Positions 39,253-50,900 of a stretch of 64,000 nucleotides of DNA are shown one piece after another (position 1 is the stretch's first letter; the number at the start of each line of letters is the position of its first letter). Below the pieces are notes generated by a model, which did not search any database, had not been told where the DNA came from, and saw only the letters and a list, made by a program, of their open reading frames with translations. Source of the DNA: Heptranchias perlo (Eukaryota). The position numbers were made by a program, and so were the translations under genes. Location: NCBI RefSeq assembly GCF_035084215.1, contig NW_027139247.1, forward strand, positions 310,001 through 374,000, in the 5' to 3' direction.

Positions 39253-41150
39253 TAAGAACATAAGAAATAGGAGCAGGAGTAGGTCATACTGCCCCTCGAG
39301 CCTGCTCCACCATTCAATAAGATCATGGATGAATTTTGACCTCAAATCCACTTTCCCGTCCGATTCCTATATCCCTTGATTCCCTCGAGTCCAAAAATCT
39401 ATCGATCTCAGCCTTGAATATACTCAACGACTCAGCATCCACAGCCCTCTGGGGTAAAGAATTCCAAAGATTCACAACCCTCCGAGTGAAGAAATTTCTC
39501 CTCATCTCAGTCTTAAATGGCCGACCCCTTATCCTGAGACTATGCCCCCTAGTTCTAGACTCCCAGCCATGGGAAACCACCTCTCAGCATCTACCCTGTC
39601 AAGCCCCCTCAGAATCTTATATGTTTCAATTAGATCGCCTCTCATTCTTCTAAACTCCATTCTACGCAATCTCTCCTCATAGGACAACCCTCTCATCCCA
39701 GGAATTAATCTACTGAACCTTCATTGCACCGCCTCTAAGACAAGTATATCCTTCCTTAGATAAGGAGAACAAAACTATACACAGTACTCCAGGTGAGGTC
39801 TCATCAAAGCCCTGTACAATTGTAGTAAGACCTCCTTACTCTTGTACTCAAACCCCTTTGCAATAAAGGCCAACATGCCATTTGCCTTCCTTATTGCTTG
39901 CTGTATCTGCATGCTAACTTTCTGTGTTTCTTGTATGAGGACACCCAAATCTCTCTCAACACCAACATTTAATAGTTTCTCACCATTTAAAAAATATTCT
40001 GATTTTCTATTCTTCCTACCAAAGTGAATAACCTCACATTTCCCCACATTATACTCCATCTGCCACCTTCTTGTCCACTCATTCAACCTGTCTATATCCC
40101 TTTGCAAACCCTTAGCGTCCTCCTCACAGCTTACTTTCCCACCTAGCTTTGTAGTGTTAGCAAACTTGGATACATTACACTCGGTCCCTTCATATAAGTT
40201 ATTAATGTAGATTGTAACTAGCTGAGGCCCAAGCACTGATCCTTGCGGCACCCCACTAGTTACAGCCTGCCAAACTGAAAATGACCTGTTTATCCCTACT
40301 CTCTGTTTTCTGTCTGTTAAATAAGCCTCTATTCAAGCACCTTCTGTATTACCCCCAAACCCATGAGCCCTTACCTTGCATAACAACCTTTTATGTGGCA
40401 CCTTATTGAATGCCTTTCGAAAATCCAAATATACTACATCCACTGGTTCCCCTTTATCTACCCTGTTAGTTACATCCTCAAAAAACTCTAATAAATTAGT
40501 CATCAAGATTTCCCTTTCATAAAACCATGTTGACTCTGCCTAATCATATTCTGATTTTCTAAGTGCCCTGTTACCACTTCCTTAATAATGGATTCCAGCA
40601 TTTTCCCGACGACTGACGTCAGGCTAACCGGCCAGTAGTTCCCTGTTTTCTCTCTCCCTCCTTTCTTGAATAGCGATGTTACATTTGCCACCTTCCAGTC
40701 CACTGGGACCATTCTAGAATCTAGGGACTTTTGGAAGATCATAACCAATGCACCCACTATCTCTGCAGCCACTTCTTTTAGAACCCAAGGATGTAGGCCA
40801 TTGGATCGAGGGGAGTTAGCGTCTTTTCGTTTCTCTAGTACTTTCTGGCACTTATGGACTACAGCGGTTCGAGAAGGCGGCTCACCACCACCTTCTCAAG
40901 GGCAATTAGGGATGGGCAACAAATGCTCGCCTTGCCAGCGATGCCACACATCCCATGAATGAAAAAAAACTTTCTCTCTACTGAAATAAATGTTTTAAGT
41001 TCCTCACTCTCATTAGCCCCTTGGTTCCCCATTATTTCTGGTATACTTTGTGTCTTCTCCTGTGAAGACAGATACAAAATATTTGTTTAACGGCTCTGTC
41101 ATTTCCTTATTCCCCGTTATAATTTCTCCTGTCTCAGCCTCACACAGCTT
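39253..41150 (-). mobile_element. CR1 LINE ORF2/3' fragment
   Basis: ORFs 39323..39580, 39775..40251, 40503..40772 and 41013..41201; tail aagaacataagaa. Confidence 0.92.
40853..40968 (+). mobile_element. Family-B LINE tail nested in CR1
   Basis: atggactacagcggttcgagaaggcggctcaccaccaccttctcaagggcaattagggatgggcaacaaatgc...cccatgaatg + A-run. Confidence 0.85.
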
Positions 41151-41723
41151 TGCAAATCCCACCTGATGGAGGCTAGTACTGTTTGTTTTGGTCAGGTTCA
41201 TTGTGAAATATTGAAGAAGTTATTCAAAATTAACACAGACACCTAGCAGGGGAGACAAGATTCAGCTAATATATGGCTGGAGCTTCGCCCCTTCATTTCA
41301 AATACACCTGCAGCAAAATGATCACTGGTAAGACAACAGAGATTTAGAAACAGCTCAATTCCCAAGATCATCAGAAGACTAACGCTCATGGGCTCAAACA
41401 CTGCCAGCCCAGACTAACGTTAGCATGGCTCTGAGATAGGGCTAGAAAAGTGTAGCTTAGGAGGCAGATTTTAAATCAGCTCAGATTGCCGTGACATGGG
41501 TCCAAGGTATCACAGGGGGAAAAATTGGATAGGGGCCGTTTTTGGGCGGGGGTAGCGTGATGTGCTATTACCCCGCGTCCAATGGTCCCGGCGCAGGCAG
41601 GACACAAGTTTTGACCCACCCGAGGACTTCCCTGCGATCAGCGTTCCATCCCAGGCCTTGCACCTGGAATCAATGCAATTCACACTTTCCACCACCAGAG
41701 GGAGTCCAATCTCTTAAAGGGAG

Positions 41724-42161
41724 GATTTTTTTTTATTCGTTCATGGGATGTGGGCGATGCTGGTGAGGCCGACATTTATTGCCCGTCCCTAATTGCCTTT
41801 GAGAAGGTGGTGGTGAGCCGCCTTCTATGAACAACTGAGTGGCTTGCTAGGCCATTTCAGAGGGCGATTAATAATCAACCACATTGCTGTGGGTCTGGAG
41901 TCATACATAAGCCAGACCGGGTAAGGACGGCAGGTTTCCTTCCCGAAAGGACATTAGTGAACCAGATGGGTTTTTACGACAATCTGGTAGTTTTGTGGCC
42001 ACCATTACTGAAACTAGATTTTTTATATTCCAGATTTTATTTAATTAATTGAATTTAAATTCCCCAGTTGCCATGGCGGGATTTAAACTCATGACTCCGG
42101 ATTATTAGTCCAGGCCTCATAGATTACTAGTCCAGTAACATAACCACTATGCTATCGTACC
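41724..42161 (-). mobile_element. Full-length tRNA-derived SINE with family-B LINE tail and 13-bp TSD
   Basis: Minus strand: A-box TAGCATAGTGG, B-box GAGTTTAAATCCC, central aaaacccatctggttcactaatgtcc...gactccagacccacagcaatgtgg domain, then the family-B tail. TSD CTCTTAAAGGGAG at 41711-41723 and 42162-42174. Confidence 0.9.
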
Positions 42162-42754
42162 CTCTTAAAGGGAGCTGGTACCTGTTATTTGCTGAAAATT
42201 ACAGTCTACTGTCTGCACAGAGTCTGAACAGAGATCAGACATCGCACACGTAAAACTCAGATGCAGGTCCCATCCCTATGTTAACACACTGATGAGTTAT
42301 GTTAAAACATTCAATAAAGGTTGCGCACTACTAAATCCCACATCCCCCAATCTGCACGCCAGACCTCACCAATCTGCCGATCTGAGTTGGTACCAGGCCT
42401 GTGAGAGTACATGCACCAAGGTTCTCTGCTGATGCACTAGAGATCTTGGTGCAAGAGATGGACAGAAGGAGGAACAGCCTATATCCGCAGGGATGGGGGA
42501 GGGGGGCAAGAGGCCCTCCAGACATATATCCAAAAGGCAGCAGGAGACAGGCGTCTCAGGTGCACAGCATCATGAACGTGGATGCAGTGCAGGAAGAAGT
42601 TCAATGTTTTGACATGAGTGGTCAAGGTGAGAGAGGTCAACTATCAAGTGGCATCTCCAACCAACTGGACCACGCACTACACCCCCATCCCCCACATACC
42701 AACAAACTCTTTCCATCAGTACTCAAGGCTTCCAACCAGATGCTTCCTCTCACC

Positions 42755-42903
42755 TTCCTAACAGCACTGTGGGAGAACCTTCACCACATGGACTGCAGCA
42801 GTTCAATGGCGGCGGCTCACCACCACCTTCTCAAGGGCAATTGGGGATGGGCAATAAATGCTGGTCTCGCCAGCAACGCCCACATCCCATGAACGAATAA
42901 AAA
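42755..42903 (+). mobile_element. Family-B LINE tail nested in the Harbinger element
   Basis: ...ctcaccaccaccttctcaagggcaattggggatgggcaataaatgctgg...cccatgaacgaat + A-run. Confidence 0.85.
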
Positions 42904-43059
42904 ACCCTTACACATTACCACTGCTTCAACCCGCACACCCACAGCTCACAGGCCACACACACTGGAAGCTGTTCAACCATGACAAGCACATCACCCAGAC
43001 ACACGCCCTGCTTTCTTGCAGGAGAAGGTGGCTCAAATCAAGAGGTAGCAAGTGGGGTG

Positions 43060-43340
43060 ACATTTAGCCCCTCGAGCCTGTTCCGCCATTCAATGAGATC
43101 ATGGTGGACCTGTGACCTAACTCCATATACCCACCTTAGCCCCATATCCCTTAATAGCCTTGGTTCACAGAAATCGATCAATCTCAGATTTAACATTCAC
43201 AAGTGAGCTAGCATCAACTGCCGTCTGTAGAAGAGTGTTCCAAACATCTCCCACCCTTTGCATGTAGAAGCATTTCCTAACTTCACTCCTGCACCTCCTG
43301 GCTCTAAATGTTAGGCTATGTCCCTGTGTTCTAGTATTGA
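43060..43340 (-). mobile_element. CR1 3' fragment nested in the Harbinger element
   Basis: ORF 43165..43464 C-terminal part TRTQGHSL..VGDVWNTL..KSEIDRFL. Confidence 0.75.
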
Positions 43341-43753
43341 AGTCGAGGAGACCTCCGAAAACAGTTACAAATGTCTCAGCAGCCAGAAACAATAATCCAG
43401 CCACTGACCTGTAAATCCTGCATGGTCCCTTTAAATAGCGCCGGTGGGGGGGTCCTCCAGGCACTCTAAGACACGTTCAGATGGTCAGGGCTAAGACTGC
43501 GTGTCGAGTTGAGCGTTAAGTCCCAAAATGGTGTCTATCACTTTAAATCAGCGTTGCACACTGATTGAAGTCATTTTCTCTCAACATTACATGATTCCAG
43601 CGTTCGTTATCTGCTCCTGCGCTAACTCCTATACCAAGATGGCATCTGGCGCACGTCACGCTGGAAATGTGCGTGCGCCAGACGCCATCTTGAATGTCGG
43701 AGAGGCCGTGTAGCACCGAACCAACAGGCACTACACGGCCCAATTTAGTACCC

Positions 43754-45022
43754 ATAGAATCATAGAATGGGAACAGCACAGAAGGAGGCCATTCGGCCCA
43801 TCGAGTCCATGCCAGCTCTCTGCAAGAGCAATCCAGCTAGTCCCACCAAACCCCTCCCCCCGCCCTGCCCTTTCACCGTAGTCCTGCAAATTTTTTCCCT
43901 TCAAGTACTTATCCAATTCCCTTTTGAAGGCCACGATTGAATCTGCCTCCACCACCTCCTCGGGCAGTGCATCCCAGATCGAAACCACTCGCTGTGTAAA
44001 AAAGCTTTTCCTCATGTCGCCTTTGGTTCTTTTGTCAATCACCTCAAAGCTATGTCCTCTGGTTCTTGACCCTTCCGCCAATGGGAACAGTTTCTCTCTA
44101 TCTACTCTGTCTAGACCCTTCAAGATTTTGAATACCTCTATCAAATCTCCTCGCAACCGTCTCTGTTCCAAGGAGAACAACCCCAGCTTCTCCAGTCTAT
44201 CCACGTAACTAAAGTCCCTCATCCCTGGAATCATTCTAGTAAATCTCTTCTGCACCCTCTTTGAGGCCTTTACATCCTTCCTAAAGTGCGGTGCCCAGAA
44301 CTGGACACCATACTCCAGTTGTGGCCGACCCAGTGTTTTATAAAGGTTCATCATAACCACCTTGCTTGTGTACTCTCTGCCTCTATTTATAAAGCCCAGG
44401 ATCCCGTATGCATTTTTTTTAAAACTGCTTTCTCACCCTGCCCTGCCACCTTCAAAGATTTGTGCACATATACCCCCAGGTCTCTCTGTTCCTGTACCCC
44501 TTTCAGAATTGTACCCTTTAGTTTATATTGTCTCTCCTCGTTCTTCCTACCAAAATGTATCACTTTGCATTTTTCGGTGCTAAATTTCATCTGCTACGTG
44601 TCAACCCGTTCCACCAGCCTGTCTATATCCTCTTGAAATCTATCACTAACCTCCTCAATGTTCACTGCCCTTCCAAGTTTTGTGTCATCTGCAAATTTTG
44701 AAATTGTGCCCTGTACACCCAAGTCCAAGTCATTAATATATAAAGAAAAGCAGTGGTCCCAGCACCGACCCCTGGGGAACACCACTGTACACCTCCCTCC
44801 AGTCCGAAAAACAACCATTCACCACTACTCTCTGTTTCCTGTCACTTAACCAATTTCCTATCCATGCTGCCACTGCCTCTTTTATTCCATGGGCTTCAAC
44901 TTTGATGACAAGCCTATTATGCGCCACTTTATCAAACACCTTTTGGAAGTTCATATAAACCACATCAACTGCATTACCCTCATGGACCCTCTCTTGTTAC
45001 CTCATCAAAAAACTTAATCAAG
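43754..45022 (-). mobile_element. CR1 LINE fragment
   Basis: ORFs 43731..44360, 44387..44590, 44594..44818 and 44733..44963; tail atagaatcatagaa. Confidence 0.93.
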
Positions 45023-45156
45023 CAATAGCAGAAAATTTAGGAGGCAGATTTTAAACCAGACCAAATGTTAGAATGGGTCTGAGATACAGCAGCAAGAGTA
45101 AAGCTTAGGAGGCCAATTTTTCAGCAGCCCACCTCTGACATGCACACCTAAAGGCG

Positions 45157-45582
45157 GGGTGCGATTTTCATGAGTTAATGGGGCAGTAAGGGCCTCCGAA
45201 TGGGGTCGGTAGCCTTATCGTCCCACTAACGTTGTACAGGCTGCAATCTGATCTACAGGTGATGGAACCGAAGTGACCTGCTTGTACTCCATCAATTTTC
45301 TTTTCCATTGACTCGAACATTGGGCGGAGTGGAAAATGGGCTGTCATGTCATTGTCGCCCGATATACACTCCCACCCAAAACAAATCTGCACCCCAATGG
45401 GGATCATTTTAATTTTTGGTGATAATGTAAAATGGGCGATAACTGATCGATCGCTTGCTATACACACCTCCCAATTGTCATTTCCAATAAGTCAATGGGA
45501 AGGAAAGTTAGGAGAGGTGTATAACGGGCGGCTGATCCACTATCGCCCGTATTACACTGCCGCCAAGTGTTAAAATTAGCCC
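45157..45582. mobile_element. Two tandem palindromic MITEs separated by 3 bp
   Basis: GGGGTGCGATTTT...AAATCTGCACCCC-AAT-GGGGATCATTTTAA...TTAAAATTAGCCCC. Confidence 0.75.
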
Positions 45583-46074
45583 CAGTGACTTTCCACCCTG
45601 TCTTGCCCCTATGAAAGTTCGATGGCCGCACAGAGAATGGCAATTTTGGTCCTAATGATGCAATCTGTGAAGACAAATCTCACAGAAAGAGTTTAACACC
45701 TTGGAGTTCTCATGTACGTTGTAATCTTCAGATTATATTTCCACTTCTGCCTTAATGCCACTCAAAAGCCATTGACGTCAAAACATTAGATTCGGTGTGA
45801 AGGGATATTATGGAGGAGGCAGTCTCCCTCTGCTTCCCCTGGCAGTCCGGTGAGGTCCTCAATCTAGATTTTCATTACAACTTCTCTACATCCGTGTGAA
45901 GCCAAACCACCTCTCAGGGATCCTAAGATTGCAGTGTAAATGAGGCCAACAGGAAGAGAAAGCTGATGTATGCTTAAATTAAACTTGCATTTTTCAGTGA
46001 CACGGCTGAGTGTGGATCTGCGCCCTGTCAGCCCCCTTTCATTCACTACTAGAAATTGAAGATGCTCCTTGAAC

Positions 46075-47805
46075 AATTACTTTGTGTCAGTATTTACAGT
46101 AGAAAAAGAGGATAGCATGCCGGAAATCCCAAGAAAACTAATATCGAATTAGGGACAGGGACTCGATAAAATTAACATAAGTGAAGCAACAGTAATGAAG
46201 AAAATAGTAGCACTAAAGAGTGACAAATCCCCAGGACCAGATGGTTTCCATCCCAGGGTTTTAAAGGAAGTAGATGAGCACATTGCAGATGCCCTAACTG
46301 TAATCTTTCAAAGTTCTCCAGATTCAGGAACTGTCCCTCTAGATTGGAAAATTACACATGTCACTCCGCTTTTTAAGAAAGGAGAGAGAGGGAAACCGGG
46401 GAATTATAGACCAGTTAGCCTAACATCTGTTGTGGGGAAAATGCTGGAGTCCATAATTAAGGATTGGGTGACTGAACACCTCGAGAATTTTCAGTTAATC
46501 AGAGAGAGCCAGCATGGATTTATGAAAGGTAGGTCGTGCCTGACAAACCTGATTGAATTTTTTGAAGAGGTGACTAAAGTAGTGGACAGGGGAATGTCAA
46601 TGGATGTTATTTATATGGACTTCCAGAAGGCATTTGATAAGGTCCCACATAAGAGACTGTTAGCTAAGATAGAAGCCCATGGAATCAAGGGAAAAATACT
46701 GACTTGGTTAGGAAGTTGGCTGAGCGAAAGGTGACAGAGAGTAGGGATAATGGGTAGGTACTCACATTGGCAGGATGTGACTAGTGGAGTCCCGCAGGGA
46801 TCTGTCTTGGGGCCTCAATTATTCACAATATTTATTGACGACTTACATGAAGGCATAGAATGTCTCATATCTAAGTTTGCCGATGACACAAAGATTGGTG
46901 GCATTGTAAGCAGCGTAGATTAAAACATAAAATTACAAAGCGATATTGATAGATTAGGTGAATGAGCAAAACTGTGGCAAATGGAATTCAATGTAGACCA
47001 ATGTGAGGTCATCCACTTTGGATCAAAAAAGGATAGAACAGGGTACTTTCTAAATGGAAAAAAGTTAAAAACAGTGGACGTCCAAAGGGACTTAGGGGTT
47101 CAGGTACATAGATCATTGAAGTGTCATGAACAGGTGCAGAAAATAATCAAGAAGGCTCATGGAATGCTGGCCTTTATATCTAGAGGACTAAAGTACAAGG
47201 GGGCAGAAGTTATGCTGCAGCTATACAAAACCCTGGTTAGACCGCACCTGGAGTACTGTGAGCAGTTCTGGGCACCGCACCTTCGGAAGGACATATTGGC
47301 CATGGAGGGAGTGCAGCGTAGGTTTACTAGAATGATACCCGGACTTCAAGGGTTAAGTTACGAGGAGAGATTACACAAATTGGGGTTGTATTCTCTAGAG
47401 TTTTGAAAGCTAATGGGTGATCTGATCGAAGTTTATAAGATATTAAGGGGAACAGATATGGTGGATAGACAGAAACTATTTCCGCTGGTTGAGGATTCTA
47501 GGAGTAGGGGGCACAGTCTAAAAATTAGAGCCAGACCTTTCAGGAGCGAGATTAGAAAACATTTCGACACACAAAGGGTGGTCGAAATTTGGAACTCTCT
47601 TCCGCAAATGGCAATTGATACGAGCTCAATTGCTAAATTTAAATCTGAGATAGGTAGCTTTTTGGCAACCAAAGGTATTAAGGGATATGGGCCAAAGGCA
47701 GGTATATGGAGTTAGATCACAGATCAGCCATGATCTTATCAAATGGCGGAGCAGGCACGAGGGGCTGAATGGCCTACTCCTGTTTCTATGTTCCTTCCTA
47801 TGTTT
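46075..47805 (+). mobile_element. CR1 LINE ORF2/3' fragment
   Basis: ORFs 46195..46734, 46981..47406 and 47413..47715; CR1 3' UTR and tail. Confidence 0.93.
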
Positions 47806-47907
47806 TAAAACATTTAGAAGGAAATGTCCTTTTCCATAGAGTGAGATGCTGACCTTCTTTCTTAAATCTGGGTTATTTTGATAGGCAGGAGTTCGGGGAA
47901 TGCTGCA

Positions 47908-47939
47908 TCAGAAAGTATTCCAAGTGTACAGCCTTGTTC
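47908..47939 (-). CDS. MHC class I probable cytoplasmic exon (GTRLYTWNTF*)
   Basis: Acceptor gtgttttag| in phase 1, 1.2 kb downstream of the TM donor, gives a 10-aa tail and TGA. Confidence 0.55.
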
Positions 47940-50900
47940 CTAAAACACGTTCAGGGAGAACTCTTGTAATAATACGATAATGCTGCTAAAATAAAAGGTT
48001 TTCAGCAAGTATCCTTCCCTTTGAAGACATCAATCAAAAATAAAATCATGTTGAGGGTGATGGGGTTAATCTGGGGAAAGTTTTCGTCTGTGGGCTGTCT
48101 GCTACAAAACAGAATGGGGCTGCAATTGTCCTTAGGCAGTAGCGCAAACTGGGCAATAACGAATCAGCAGTCGCTTGACACCATCCTGATTATCTTTCCT
48201 ATTGACTTCAATAATTGGGCTGCTGATTTGCTATCGGCCATTTTGCGTTTCCACCCAAGACCAATTCAACACCCTAAATCCATTGACAAAGAACTGGATT
48301 ACAAATTCACTACACTTCGGGCACACAGACGTTACAACTCAGAAACAGGTCATTTCACCTGACCAGTTTGTGTCAGCATTTACCCAGCAGCAAATAGTTC
48401 CAATCACATTTCCTCACCCTGTTTCCTCCCTTCAACCACTTTCCCTTCATCCACCTAACCAATTTAATCTTAAATGCTCACATTGTTTCTGCCTCAACCT
48501 CGATCACTGGAAGTAGATTCCACATCCTCACAACTCTCTGCGTAAAGAATTTTCTCCTGGCCGTTGTTCTGAATCGCTTACATTTAATCTGGCATCTCTG
48601 ACCCCTCCTTCTTGACCCCTCAACTACTGGAAACAGTCTGCTTCCATCTACCCGGTCTCATACTTTCATAATTTTACACACTTCTATTATATCACCCGGA
48701 AACAAAAAAGATCAATTTCCCCAAGTCTTTCTTTGTATTTGTGTTTCCTCATAACAGAAAATATCCTGGTGAACCCGCCTTGTAGCTTCTTTAAAGCCTC
48801 AATATCCTTCCTATCGTGTGAAGCTCAGTATTCTAGCTGAGGTCTTATTAAGGTTTGATACAGGCTCCTCATTACTTCTAGACTTTTATATTCTACACCT
48901 CTTGTGATAAAACCTATCATTTCATTCGGAAACCTCCCCTCGATAAATTTTCAGTTGTTCTTACACAAGTTAAGCAATGTATCAATTCTCACGGCAATAG
49001 CAGATGTTTAAAATTCAAACATAATCATGGTGGAGACCAAAAGATTTTCTGCAAAGCTGCCTTGTAATACTTTTACAGACAAGAGTGCAAAATTATTCAC
49101 TCGTCTTACCTCTCCGTCTTCTCCACCACATGTAGGTTAAAGCTATAATGATTGCCAGCAATACCAGTACAACTGCAACAATCAGCCCCACATGATTGCC
49201 TTTCTCAATTTTCTCTTCTGAAAAATATTAGAAAAGATTGTATTATTATATGTGTGTGGCGAGACAGTTATATATAAGAAGTGAATCCCTGTGGCTCATG
49301 GCAGGGAGAATGATGCATTGTTTTATCTGGACCGTGTTCTCACACCATATAGTCAAAATATAATATATTACTAAGGTGGAGCCATGTTTCTTTAAGGCCA
49401 CAAAGTTCACTTTTTGTGAAGTAAACAAAGGTTCAGGTCAACTGGAGTATAATCGTTATTTAGTCAGGGAAAGGTGCAGGGTGCTTGTCATTTTTAAGGC
49501 TTCAGGTTAAAAGTAACCAGATGACTTTGCATTTGGAGCAATGTGCGATGTTATCAGTATGACAGCCTTACCCCTGATCATATTGGAGACAGGTTTGCTT
49601 TGGGTTTCTATGGTGGCTGAACTACGTCAGGTTGAGGCAGGTCCTCTGTCTGCCCCATACCTGCTTCCCTGAGCTTGGCCAATTTCCTGGGCTCAGAGTA
49701 ATATGTTGGGTGGGGTGCGGCAGTCTCCCAAGCAGGATTCCTGGGGCGTCAGGGAGGGTGAGATGGAAGGAAGGTGGCGGGAGACGAAGAGCGAGGAAGG
49801 AGAGAGAAAGAAGGGGGCGGAGGGAGAGCAAGAGCAAGAAATGTGGGAAGGGGGAGAGTGGGAGAGGAGGGAGAGAGGAAGGGAAGGAAGGAAGGGAAGA
49901 GAAACAGAGGGGCGGAGGGGAGAGGACGGAAGAAAGATTAAGAGGGGGAGGGAAGAGAGTGGAGGAGAGAGGACAAAGTGGGAGAGGATGGCTGGGAGTG
50001 AGAGGGGAAGCGAGAAAGGGAGAGGAATGGAGGAGAGCAGGAGAATGGGCATGGGGAGGTGGACAGGCAGAGGCAGGTTAGAAGGGAGAAAAGGACACAG
50101 GGAATGATGGGGGCAGTCGGGAGGGGGAGGGGGCGGAAACAGGGAAGAATGTTGGGAACAAGGCAAAGAGGAGCAGGAGAGCAAGGAAGTTGAAGGGGTT
50201 TGAAGAGGATTGTCGATAGAAGTGGGTGATCGGGGAGGGTGAGGCGGATGGGTAATGGAGGATAATGGGGAAAAGGGATGGTGAGGTTGATGTGAGGACA
50301 GGGCAGGAGAGATGGGAGCAGAAGGAAATAAGGAGAAAGAGGGGGTGGAGGATGTTGGGGTGATTAGTGGTGAGGGTAGAACATTTCCCAGAGCTCAGTT
50401 TAATTTTCTGTGGAGGAGGGAAACTGTGGGCCAGGGGAGATATCCCTATTCAGGGAGGGTATGGTACAGGCATGAATCAATTCACTGCCCTGCCCAGTGA
50501 AGAGTTTCAGGGCCCAAAAGCTGTTCATTGGGGACGAGGAGAGGTGAGGCCAACAGGCTGGTTAGTGTGCTCGATGGGTCGGGAGCATACTGGGGCGAGT
50601 GAGGCCCAGAAGCTGGTCGGTTTTGGGGGTGGAAGGTTCAGAGTGTTACTCAGTGTGTGAGCGGGCGTCCTAAATGTGCAATAAGAGTTTATTTACTTCT
50701 GGGAGGGGAAACTTGGCTGAAGGGATGCACAGTGGGGGTGGAAGATCAAGAGGCTAGTTGGTGAGGGGGAGTGCAGGGTGGATGCGCTGCTCAGTGGCTT
50801 AGGAGAGATTTCAGGGGCAAAACTGAAGCATGGTGGGAGATAAACGCTGCACAATTCGGGCAAGATAGATCAGTGAGGGAGGTTCAACGGCTGAACTGCT

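Larger units (their letters stand above)
41515..43753 (+). mobile_element. Decayed PIF/Harbinger element with Myb/SANT-like gene remnant and nested insertions
   Basis: Imperfect TIRs GGGGGAAAAATTGG (41515) and CCAATTTAGTACCC (43753). 42404-42630 encodes RVHAPRFSADALEILVQEMDRRRNSLYP and, in a shifted frame, TWMQCRKKFNVLT*VVK|gtgag, a Myb_DNA-bind_5-like signature. Confidence 0.72.

Noticed and set aside
42080-42161. tRNA gene
   Set aside because: The A and B boxes belong to the SINE head inside a TSD-flanked insertion.
49622-50184. Arg/Gly/Glu-rich and Pro/Ser/Leu-rich ORFs
   Set aside because: Artefacts of the polypurine tract.
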